The translations under genes and the position numbers were made by a program. A DNA stretch of 53,515 bases, filler included, from Jimgerdemannia flammicorona (taxonomy: Eukaryota), in NCBI GenBank assembly GCA_003990765.1. It is 2 parts of 2 records of this genome, joined end to end, with 100 filler letters (N's around TTAATTAATTAA, not from the genome) between each part and the next. Parts side by side here need not be neighbours in the genome. Positions count along the whole stretch, not along the records: positions 1 to 26,708 come from RBNJ01000702.1; 1 more part is not named here. One strand, 5' to 3'. The notes beneath the pieces are model-generated. The model saw nothing but the letters and a program-made list of their open reading frames with translations, searched no databases and had not been told where the DNA came from. Within the stretch, counting starts at the first letter, position 1, and the number at the start of each line of letters is the position of its first letter. Shown piece after piece: positions 11,601 to 22,615 of this stretch.

Positions 11601-12374
11601 ACTGTTAGGTGGTGCTCCTTTAGTTGAGTTCGACATTAGTGAGAGAATAGAATGCCAAAGGGGACCAGGCCAGGATCTGTGGCCTAGCAGTTGGCAAGGA
11701 GTTGGAATTGGCAAGGAGTGGAACTAGCGTAGTGTTTGGACCTGGAGTGCTGCAGTGAGAGCATGGCTGCCACCAAAGTACTGGGTGGTCTGGTGGCACA
11801 TGCTGTGGAGGAATGTTATGCTCAATTTTCACTTGGGGCACCTGGTTGTAGGGAGCTGCTTCGACTGTGAGAAGTGCCATAATGTAGGGCAGGAGGGGGG
11901 TTATGTACAGACGCCAGAACATTGGCTAAGAGAGTGTGAGGTGTTGGGGGAATTTTGGCGGACAATTGGGGATCGCTTAGGGGTATGGGGTAGGAGTGAT
12001 GGGGTACAGGGGCGATGGGAGGACTTGTGGGTTAGATTGGTAGGGGGAATAGGGATGAAGTGGCTCACTTTAGGTTGGGCTTTGGCAATTTGGGTGGGGT
12101 TGGCCAGTCATTGGCTATTTGTTTTTGAGGATGGGAGAAGGCAGAGCTTGGAGGACTGGCTGCTGTGATGGCATAGGCTTATGGAAGATACCTTAACAGG
12201 CTGGTGGCTGGGTTGGGGGATGCAGAGTAGTTGGAGGCACCACTTGGTAGAGGAAATCTGTGGGCAAAGTGGGGGGAGAGTGGGGGTTGTTGGTGAAAGG
12301 GTGATTTTCATTCGTGAGGAGGTAGGGAGGGGCCCCCTGGTGGGGATTGGATAGTTGGTTGGATTGATGTATAA
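8698..12374 (+). pseudogene. LINE copy 1 ORF2 (APE endonuclease, reverse transcriptase, C-terminal CCHC), disrupted
   Basis: APE motifs SLNMNGL, LLQD, GGDFN and SDH. RT motifs APGED, WRPIML, FLDQEKAYD, GVPQGDPLSP and AFADD. C-terminal CEKC...EHWLREC. Many TGG/CAG-derived stops. End coordinate approximate. Confidence 0.92.
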
Positions 12375-12413
12375 TTATTCATAGACTGGTAATAAAGGCG
12401 GAGTCCAAGTGAC

Positions 12414-12470
<57 letters not shown>

Positions 12471-12476
<6 letters not shown>

Positions 12477-15400
12477 AACTGCAGTGAGGTGTTCATGCCA
12501 GTCATCTTGTTTGTAGGAAACATAGTTCCTTAGCATTTGTTCCAGAGTTCGGTTCATTCTTTCAGTTTGGCCATCAGTTTCTGAGTGAAAGGTTGTGGAT
12601 AGTATAAGTTTTGTTCCAAGGTGTGTATGGAGGGCTTTTCAAAAATGGCTGGTGAATTTTGGGTCTCAGTTACTAACGATGATCTTGGGAAGACCGTGAT
12701 AGTGGAAGATGTTGTCAAACAAGAGTGTGGCTATGTCTGGTGCTGTTGCAGTAGTGGTAGTAGGCACAAAATGGGCTTGTTTGCTGAGATAGTCTATAAA
12801 GACAACAATTGCATCTTTCCTATTCCTGGTTCAGGGTAGTTGTACAATGAAGTCCATAGAGATTTGTTCCCAATTTGTAGAAGGTACTGAGATAGGGTAA
12901 AGTAAGCTGGGTTTTGCTAGTGTTGAGGACTTGTTTCATTGGCAGGCATCACAGGAAGTGATGTAGGTTTTGAGCTGATCTGCCATATGGGGCCAATAGA
13001 AGTTTCAAGAGATAACTTCATAACATTTATCAAATCCTAAATGTCTAGCTGTAGGGGCATCATGACATTCAAATAGGATAGTCCTTCAGAGGTCTTGGTT
13101 GTTTGGGACATATAGTCTGTCTTTGTAGTAGATAGCATTATCCTTTAGTTGGTATTGATAATACTGTGTATACTTGTCAGCATCATCACTATTCAGGATT
13201 TCTCGCAGTGCTTGAGCTTTCTTATCATTGGCACATGCTGTGATAATTTGTTCCATGATGGAGTTTGTAACCAAGGTGAGAGTTTGAATAACCTCTTCAA
13301 TTGGTGGTCTGGAGATTGCATCAGCAACAATATTTTCCTTGCCAGAGTGGTACTGGATTTCATAGTCAAAGTTGGTGAGGACTTTCATCCATCTGGCTTG
13401 CTTTCAAGAAAGGGTAGCCTATATCTTGATATTGACTAATGATTTGTGATCAGTCAATATAGTGAAGTGTGCTCCTTCTAGGTAGGGTCACCATTTGATC
13501 AGAGTATCTATGATGGCTAGCATTTTCTTCTTGTGGGTTACATAGTTAATTTCAGTATCATTGAACTTGTGGGAGTGATAGGCCACAGGGTGTCCTTCTT
13601 GCATGAGTACTGCTCCAAGGGCTAGGTCAGAGGCATTAGTGGTAACTTCATATGGCAGTGCAGGGTTTGCCGCTTGAAGTACTGGAGTGGTTATCAGGGC
13701 ATTCTTTAGTGCTTGAAAGGTAGTATCTTGCTCAGGTCCCTAAGTTACAAGATTGTTGAAGTCTTTCTCTTGTTTTATGGTCCAGGGTTGCTCTTGTTTC
13801 TTGCTATGCTTGGTCATTTGAGTGAGGGCAGTAGCGATTTTAGCAAAGTTGACAACAAATTGCCTGTAATAGTTTGCTAATCCCAGGAATGACTGGAGGT
13901 CTTTCAGCTTCTTGGGTCTGGGCCAATACTTAATTGCAGAGATTTTGCTAGGGTCCACTTTGATTTCATTTGGAGTGACAATGTGTCCAAGGAATTGAAT
14001 TTCTTTCAGGAGAAATTTGCACTTGCTGAGTTTTGCAAAGAGTCAGTTTTCTTGGAGTTTCAGTAGTACTAGTTCAAGGTGTTCAAGATGTTCCTCTAGG
14101 GTTTTGCTGAAGACTAGGATGTCATCAATGTAGACAACAATGAATTTGTCCAGGTATGGATGCAGAATGGTATTCATCAGTGTCGGGAAGATTGCTGGAG
14201 CATTAGTTAAGCCAAAGGGCATAACCAGGAACTCAAAGTGTCCATAGCAAGTTTGGAAAGCTGTCTTGTAGATGTCTTCTTCTTTCATAGCAATTTGTCA
14301 ATAGCCATTTCATAGGTCAAAAGAGCTCATGAATTGTGGGTTGGTAAGTCTATCAAATATTTCATTGATCCTCAGTAGTGGGCAACAGTTCTTGATGGTC
14401 TGTTCATTGAGATCGCGGTAGTCAATGCACATTCGCAGGTCTCCTCCTTTTTTCACAACAAAGAGGACTGGTGCGCCATAGGGTGATACACTGGGTCTGA
14501 TGAATCCTTGTTCTAGGAGTTCATCAATTTCTTTCTTGAGTGCATCGATTTCTCTCAGAGACATATGGTAGATTGACTTGAAGGCTGGTTTGGCATCTGG
14601 GATAGTCTTGATGGCATGGTCTACCACTCGTTTAGGAGGTAGGCCTTTTGGGAGTTTCTTTGGAAATATGTCTTGAAATTTCTGGAGTAGTGGTCTGACA
14701 TGGCTGTCAACTTTGGAAAAATCTTCTTCAGAGTTCTCAGGTTCTCCTTTGGATGGGCGGATGGAGATGGCAAAGAGAGGGCATTTCTTGGCCAATTTCT
14801 TAAGTTGTAGCTTGTTGATGTGGGTAATCTTTGGTCCAGGGTCACTAGAATTAAGTGGATCCTTCTTGTCTTGCAGTTTGAAGTTGTGGCATCCTTTCTT
14901 GATAGTCAGAGAATGGTTTACCCAATCGATCATAGGGTTCTCTTGTTTTAACCATAGAGTCCCAAGGATGATTTCATTGTTAGGAAGTGGTACAATTTGG
15001 AGGATAACATGTACTCAGTAGTTGCCAATTCGGAAGGGTAGATTGTGGACTTCTTTGCTAATAATATGTGAGGTTCCATCAGCTGTAGCAACTGCTTGAG
15101 TTTGTTGTACTGGAGAGGTGAAGACCTTAAGTCTGTTAGCTGTTTCTTTACTGATGAAGTTGCCAGAGGCACCACTGTCTATCATAATCTTAACAGATGC
15201 TCAGTTGACAAAAGCCTTAAGAGTGAGCAGTTTGTCTGATCCAATGGTGGTGATTTCAGTTGTAGGAGCTTTCCTTCTATTGGTTCTTCTTTGTGCTAGT
15301 TTATTGACATAAGAGAAGCAATCATCAATCATTCGAGAAGAGTACATTCTAATGTCATGAGGGCATCGGCCACTTGGTACATATCCATCTTCAATCTTCT

Positions 15401-17845
15401 TGTAGAATTGTTCTTCTTTACTCATGGTAGGTTGAGTTGGGGCCTTGTTTGATGAGCCAAATCCTTTGGATCCTTGGATGGTGGGCAGTAGTTCAGGGAC
15501 TTCCTTGACTGTCAGGGTTGACTTGATTTTTTCAAATAGGATCTGGGCAATGCAGAAACCAATAGAGATCTTGAAGGGTGTCTAACTGTGGTTTCAGATG
15601 AGGACAATAATTTCGCCTGTATAATCCTCATCAATGACTCCTCCTTCTACTGAGAGTCCTTTCAATACTAGGCTGCTGTGATAGCATATTCTTCCAACAT
15701 GTCCTTCAGGAATTTGGATACTGATTCCTGTGTAGACTTATTTGACTTCTCAGTTGGAAACTGTAGCTTCTTTGGCTGCATACAGGTTATATCCAGCTGC
15801 TTTCTGACTTCCTTTGATTGGGGCCTTAGCAGTTTATCTTAACTTGACAAAGTTCAGTGTTCTGGTGGTCAGATTGTTGAGGTGGTGCAGAGTGGTAACA
15901 GTTGCTCTTGTTGCTGTTCGAGATTTTCAGTTAGGGCAGGCACTGGCCATGTGTCCTGTCTTTTGGTAATAGAAGCATGCTCCACTTCTTCAAAGTTCAT
16001 TCCTTTCACCTTCAGTAAGTTTCTTGAAGGTACTTGGCTGGATAGGTTCGTGATTTCTAGGTGTCCAAGAGGTGGATGTGGAGGGAGCTTGGGATGCTTC
16101 ATGCTTGGGTTCTTCTTTCTTAGTCCAAGTCTTTTCCTTATTGTTGAATTGTCTTCAGGGCAGAATTGGTCCAGCTGTTAGGATTCACTTGACCATAGTC
16201 TTGATTCTTGCCAGGCACCATTGTTGGTGATCACAACCAACTAGGCAGCCTTGTTCTTGGATTTTTCTAGTAAGCCATTCAGGTAGGGCATCAAATAAAT
16301 GGTCTGCTCTTATACCATTTCATGCTTCATCGTTGGCGATATATCCTAGGCCAACAGTATTTAGGAGTGACTTGAGTTTTGTACAGAAGATTTCAAATTC
16401 TTCTTTGCCATATACATCAAATTTGAGGTTGCGGAGTTTTACTCGAGATTCAGCGATCATGGTTTTGCTGTAGTATTGAGCAATCATAAGTTGTTTGAGT
16501 CTAGGGGCTGCAGGATGGGCTCCATATCCTGGGGTATTGTTTGCTGCATTCTGAGCAACTACTACAGGTTGGGTATCCCATGTGAGGGGTTTTTCAGAAA
16601 AGGTTCGCCACCATTCTTCGGCAGGTCCTCAGAAGAATATAACAACTCAGCAGACATAGGCTGTAGTGATAGCAAAGAGTTGTTCCAGTGTGTGGTCTTG
16701 ATTGTTTGTCAGAATGCAGTCAGCAACTCGCTCATTAGTCCATTGATTGGCTTTAAAGTTGGTGTCAACTATACTAATGAAGCTTTGGACTTCTTGTGTA
16801 GTACTATTGAAGGTAGGTAGGCTCAGATTTTTTGTAGGTCAGGTCTGTTCAGCTAAGGCAGTAATGGTTGCTGCCATTATAGCTACTTGGGCTGTGAGAT
16901 CAAGAATCTGTTGGTTCACTATATTATTTGCTGGAGGCAGTTGGACTGCTGGTAGTGGTGTTACTGGTACTACTTGAGGTACTGGTGTAGAGTGTGATGG
17001 GGTTCTTTGGGTCTGTGTAAATTGCTGGAGTAGTAGTTATGGGTCTGGAGTGAGGGCTTGATAGATAACTGTTTGTTGCTGTGTAAGTATATTCTGTCCT
17101 GATGGAGGTACTTCTCCTTCAGTGATATATCTGGAATCGAATTCACTGAGATACTCCTCCTCTTCTTCAGTTTGGTCCCCATGTAATTGAGTTTACTTGG
17201 CATCAAAGTAGATAGAATCAGTTGTATATCTGATTTTGGATGGACTTAATTCAAAGTCAAGTTCAGGTTCGGTATTGGTTTCAGATTCAGGTAGAGCTAT
17301 AGCAGGGCCTGCTTCAGGTTTAGGGTTAGGTAGTTGATGAAGGATTTCTCTTGCTTCTTCTTTAAGAATATGGTGGGCCTTACTGTTCTGGAATTGATAG
17401 TATAATGCGGTCTTAGTCCTGGTATGGTGAAAGTTGGTAGAGTTGAGCCACTTGGCTACAGAGGCTTGGGCTTCATGAGGAACTAAGGCTAGGAAGACTG
17501 CTGCTGGTTGTCCTAGGTCACTCAGATTTGTAGAGCTGACAAAACTCTTGTTGAGAAGAGTAAAGAAGGCTTCAATAAGACCTTCTTCATCTTGACTTGC
17601 TGGGTGTAGTGCAAGGAGTTCGGTGAATAGAGTTTCATCTATTTGCTGGTTTAACTGAAGTACTTCTTTCTTTGAATGAAGTTTATCCCACTTGTTGCAG
17701 GTGTGGAGGTCAAATTGTTCTTGTATATCAGGTTCAATTCTCTCCAGATTGTCAGATGGTTCAGGATAAATTCCAGTTCAAAGGTTGGGCTTTATACCAA
17801 CTTGTAGGAATTCTCAGAAGGGTTTGTAGTGGGGTGAGGAAGCAT
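12471..17845 (-). pseudogene. Inner family-A gag-pol (gag with CCHC knuckle, dUTPase, protease, RT, RNase H, integrase N-terminus/core), disrupted
   Basis: Knuckle ACFYYQKTGHMASACP (~15935-15985). PR MIDSGASGNF (DSG 15171-15179). [43 protein letters not shown]...TDHKSL. IN ECHD...HLG...SCDACQ and [20 protein letters not shown]. Start position approximate. Confidence 0.94.
15450..15857 (-). pseudogene. dut: dUTPase domain between gag zinc knuckle and protease (inner family-A copy)
   Basis: All five trimeric dUTPase motifs are recognisable: AAGYNLYA, (R>H)SSL, GGVIDEDYTGEI, GF(R>C)IAQ, (R>Q)GSKGFGSS. Confidence 0.92.
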
Positions 17846-17869
17846 CTTGAAGCAGAATTGAATTATAAA

Positions 17870-17881
17870 CTGCTGCTACCA
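17870..17881 (-). other. Primer-binding site, probably initiator tRNA-Met
   Basis: TGGTAGCAGCAG lies 3 nt inside the 5' LTR. TGGTAGC is complementary to the GCUACCA-3' end typical of tRNA-iMet. Confidence 0.75.
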
Positions 17882-17884
17882 AGT

Positions 17885-19944
17885 TGTAAGAGGGTTGCTT
17901 TTTAGGGTAACCATTATGTAGTTCTGGAAGGATTTTCTGGGAGTTCTGGATATTCTGGAAGACCGTTTTCTTGTAGCCAAGATCAATTTCATATGGAGTA
18001 CATCCTCTATGCTTATTGATTTCAAGATCAGGTTGACATCTCAACCAAAGTCCTTTTTTGGACTAGTTCTGAATGTTCGGAATTTTCTATATTTCAGGAA
18101 GTTCAAGAAACTAAGACCAGCTTAGTTGAATTGGTGTATCGCTGCAGACAATACCCAATTAGGAAATTTCATGATGGGGTTAGAAGTGGGACCTAACAGA
18201 GAGTGGATTTACTTAAGAGTGATTTGTGGGTTATTAAATAGGTTTATTCGCTATTCATGATATTGCTATACTAGGAGTAGTTGTGTGAAGAGATATTGTA
18301 GGAAGTGTTCAGGAATATTCTTGTATATTCAAGTCTGAGATTCTGAGGTCTGGGGGAGGGGGTATTTATACTAGTGAGGGGCTATCTGGACTATGCTAGA
18401 TGTGGATGTAGCACTAAGTGCTTTGCTGAGTCAGAATACAGTTACATAGTACAAGTGTGATCTAATATGTCAAGAGATTGTCTGGCTGCTAAGTTAGTTT
18501 ACAGTTACATCAAATAAGGCTAATCTAACTATACTGTGACTGCTAGGCTATTTATGGGTTTAGGCACTGTCTGGGTAGTCCTTGATGACATCACCATCAA
18601 TTGCATCATCTCTGATGAAGTAGTCATCTAGGAAGAGTGGTTTGTGGATTACTTCTCCTTGTTTGCTGAGGTAATAATACATTGGAACTTTGTCTCTATT
18701 CCACAAGGTGGCATCATCTGTCTCATATGCTGGATAAGGTGTTGGTGGGCGAAGGAGAGGTGCATTGTCTTTACTTTCATTGGATTCGCTGTCTGCATAC
18801 CTTCTGTAGGTTACAGCACTATGAGTCACAGGGTTGTAGTAAGCTGGTGGCTATGGTTCATGTTGCTTGTACTCGGGTGGTAGAGTGGTTGGTTTGATCT
18901 CGAGGGTTGTCTGAAGGTACAGATTGTGTTCTCTGGTCTCTTCATTATAGTTAAAGTAATCAGGGGTAAATGCAGGTTAGTATTCGTGCCAGTGGTCATT
19001 GTCCCAATAAGTCTCATATGCTGTTATGAATTGTTGTAAATTTATCAGCAAGGTTGGCGGTGTGATCAGGGTTGGCAGAGATCCTTGGCTAGAGGTCATA
19101 TCAGTGTCAGAGGGATCATTGTCTTCTGCTTCGTCTTCATCGAAGTGGATTATATTGTAGATGTCCTTCATGGTATATCCAACTTGGGGCATTTGCAGGA
19201 TATGATCATTGGGGTGTAGAAAGGTTCTGTCTGTGGTTTTGACATACTCGAGGTACTTGTGGTTGAGTTCTTGTATTATGTCATCAATTTGGCCATAGAA
19301 CAGAGTAGTGACCATTTCACTGGTAGTAACTCAGAGGCAAGGAATAATGGTACTATACTTATAGAAGAGTTCTCGATGTTTGTGGGTGATGAGTTCTGGT
19401 GTTGGGACATCTGAATAATGTCTGTATCATAGTGGTGCTCGATCATATCTTCCAAGAGGCAGCCAATCTGATAGTAGCTTGAGATTTGTCCAATTCGGTG
19501 AGCCTTGCTAAGCATGTTCAGAGCATTCCATCGGGCTTCCACGAAGTAGAGGGGTACTAGGCTATGGATATTCATGAGGGGTAGAGGGGGTGTGGCTCCA
19601 TTGACAATGGCATTCCAAATGTCAGCATGGATACAGGTATAGATCTCAGTAGTCATGTTTGTGTGTTTTGGAAGTTGTGGTTACTGTTTGTTTTGGTTCT
19701 CTGATTCAATGTATCTTGGTGCTCAGTATATATGCATTTGATCCTGATTGATAAGATTCCATTTATATAAATCTTGTGTTCTGTGACTTCATATTGACTC
19801 AGCTTTGTGTACTGTGACTTCAGTTTGACTCAGCTTCATGATCAAGCAGGTGATTTCCAGATTGTTCAGAGGTTGTATGTGATTTCAGTGGCTTGTTCAG
19901 AGGGTGACATGTAATTTCAGTGACTTGGAGGTTGTGCACTTACA
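17885..19944 (-). repeat. 5' LTR of inner family-A element (2060 bp)
   Basis: TGTAAG...CTTACA termini. Direct repeat of 3576-5637, with differences overwhelmingly transitions. Confidence 0.95.
18560..19656 (-). pseudogene. Second copy of the LTR-encoded accessory ORF
   Basis: MTTEIYTCIHADIWNAIVNG...DYPDSA*. One 1-nt deletion near 19394; its stops are mostly at different codons from the 3' LTR copy. Confidence 0.8.
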
Positions 19945-20176
19945 GAAGTATAAGCAGTTTGTCTGATCCAATGATGGTAATTTCAGTTGTAGGAGCTTTC
20001 TTTCTATTGGTTCTTCTTTGAGCCAGTTCATTGACACAAGAGAAGCAATCATCAATCATTTGGGAAGAGTACATTCCAATGCCATGGGGGCATTGGCCAC
20101 TTGGTACATATCTATCTTTAATTTTCTTGTAGAATTGTTCTTCTTTATTCATGGTAGGTTGGACTGGGGCCTTGTT

Positions 20177-20584
20177 TGATGAGCCAAATCCTTTGGATCC
20201 TTAGATAGTAGGCAGTAGTTCAGAGACTTCCTTGACTATCAGAGTTGACTCAATTTTTTTGAATAGGATCTGAGCAATGCAGAAACCAATAGAGATCTTG
20301 AAGGATATCCAACTATGGTTTCAGATGAGGACAATAATTTCACCTGTGTAATCCTCATCAACGACTCCTCCTTCTACTGAGAGTTCTTTCAATGATAGGC
20401 TATTGTGACAATATATCCTTCCAACATATCCTTCAGAGATTTGGATACTGATTTCTGTATAGACTTGCTTAACTTCTTAGTTGGAAACTATAGCTTCTTC
20501 AGCTGCATATAGATCATATCTAGCTGCTTTTTAACTTCCTTTGGTTGGGGCCTTAGCAGTTTGTCTTAACTTGACAAAGTCCAG
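20177..20584 (-). pseudogene. dut: dUTPase domain of outer family-A copy
   Basis: Colinear with 15450-15857. Reads AARYDLYA, GGVVDEDYTGEI, CIAQ, GSKGFGSS. Confidence 0.9.
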
Positions 20585-22615
20585 TATTCTGGTAGTTAGG
20601 TTATTGAGATGGTGCAGAGTAGTAACAGTTGCTTGTATTGCTGTTCAGGGTTTTCAGTTGGGGCAGATACTGATCATATATCCTATCTTTTAGCAATAGA
20701 AGTATGCTCCACTTCTTTGAAGTTCATTCCTTTCTCTTTCAGTGAGTTTCTTAAAGATACTTGGCTGGGTGAATTTATGATTTCTGAGTGTCTATGAGGT
20801 GGATATTGAGGGAGCTTGGGATGCTTCATGCTTGGGTTCTTCTTTCTTGGTCTAAGTCTTTTCTTTGTTGTTAAATTGTCTTCAGGGCAGAATTGGTCCA
20901 GCTGTTAGGATTCACTTGACCATAGTCTTGATTCTTGTCAGGCACCATTGTTGGTGATCACAACTAACTAGGCAGCCTTGTTCTCAGATTTTTCTAGTAA
21001 GCCATTCAGGCAGTATGTTGAATAAATGGTCTGCTCTTGTACTATTTCATGCTTTGTCATTGGCAATATATCCTAGGCCAACAGTATTCAGGAGTGACTC
21101 AAGTTTTGTACAGAAAGTTTCAAATTCTTCCTTACTATATATGTATATCAAATTTAAGGTTATAGAGTTTTACTCAAGATTCAGCAATCATAGTTTTGCT
21201 ACAGTATTGAGCAATCATGAGTTGTTTCAGTCCAGGGGCTGCAGGATGGGCTCCATATTCTGGGGCATTATTTGCTATATTCTGAGTAACTACTACAGAT
21301 TGGGTGTCCCATATGAGGGGTTTTTCAGGAAGGGTTTGCCACCATTCTTCAGCAGGTCCTTGGAAGAATATAACAACTCAGCAAACATAGGCTATAGTTG
21401 TAGTGAAGAGTTATTCCAGAGTATGGTCTTGATTGTTTATCAGAAGGTAGTTAGCAACTCACTCATTTGTCTATTGATTGGCTTCAAAGTTGGTGTCAAC
21501 TATACTAATAAAGCTTTGGACTTCTTGTACAGTACTATTAAAGGTAGGTAGGCTCAGATTTTTGGTAGGTTGGGTCTGTTCAGCTAAGGTAGTAATGGTT
21601 GCTATCATTATTGCTACTTGGGCTGTGAGGTCTAGAATCTGTTGGTTCACCATGTTGTTTACTGGAGGTGGTTGGGCTACTGGTAGTAGTGTTACTGGTA
21701 CTATTTGAGATACTGGTGCAGCATGTGAGGGTATTCTTTGAGTCTGTATAAGTTACTGGAATAATAGTTGTGAGTCTGGAGTGAGGGCTCAATAGATAGC
21801 TGTTTGTTGCTGTATAGGTGTGTTCTGTCCTGATGGAGGTGTGTCTCCTTTGGTGGTGTATTCGGAATTGAATTCACTGAGATACTCCTCCTTCTCTTCA
21901 GTTTGGTCCTGGTATAGTTGGGTTTGCTCAGCATCAAAGTAGACAGAATCAGTTATATATCTGATTTCAGATAGACTTAATTCAAAGTCAAGTTCCAGTC
22001 TAGTGTTGGTTTCAGGTTCAGGTAGAGCTGTAGTAGAGCCTGCTTCTGGTTCAGGGTTAGGCTGTTGATGAAGAGTTTCTCTTGCTTCTTCCTTAAGAAT
22101 ATAGCAGGCCTTGCTGTTCTGAAAACAGTAGTATAATGTAGTCTTGGTCCTGGTATAGTGAAAATTAGTAGAGTTGAGCCACTTGGCTACAGAGGCTTGG
22201 ACTTCATGAGGAACTAAGGCTAGAAAGACTACTGATGGTTGTTCTAGGTTGCTTGGATTTGTGAAGCTGACAAAACTCTTGTTGAGAAGAGTAAAGAAGA
22301 CTTCTATAAGACCTTCTTTACCTTGACTTGCTGGGTATAGTGCAAGAAGTTCAGTGTATAGAGTTTCACCTATCTGCTGATTTAACTGGAGTATTTCTTT
22401 CTTTAAATGAAGTTTATCCCACTTGTTGTAGGTATGGAGGTCAAATTGTCCTTATGCATCAGGTTCAATTCTCTCTAGATTGTCAGATGGTTCAAGATAA
22501 ATTCCAGTTCAGAGGTTGGGCTTTATACCAACTTGTAGGAATTCTCAGAGGAGTTTGTAATAGGGTAAGAAAGCATCTTAAAGAGGAATTGGATTGTAAA
22601 CTACTACTACTAAGT

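Larger units (their letters stand above)
6544..12470 (+). mobile_element. Full-length non-LTR retrotransposon (L1/Tx1-like LINE), copy 1, inserted in the Gypsy integrase
   Basis: TSD AAACTCAACTGC at 6532-6543 and 12471-12482, duplicating codons AVEF of IN. AATAAA at 12391 and a pure A-run at 12417-12473. ORF1 plus ORF2 (APE-RT-CCHC). 5' UTR is homologous to copy 2. Confidence 0.96.
3576..19944 (-). mobile_element. Ty3/Gypsy family A, inner full-length chromodomain-bearing element, inserted into the dUTPase-protease junction of the outer copy
   Basis: LTRs 3576-5637 and 17885-19944. TSD GAAGT at 3571-3575 and 19945-19949. The rejoined flanks (AAAAGCCT-GAAGT-ATAAGCAGTTTGTCTGATCC) match the uninterrupted sequence near 15210-15242. 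PBS, PPT and all pol motifs are present. Confidence 0.96.

Noticed and set aside
12375..12557. ORF with a poly-Phe tract
   Set aside because: It is the Gypsy integrase frame reading into the antisense of the LINE poly(A) tail.
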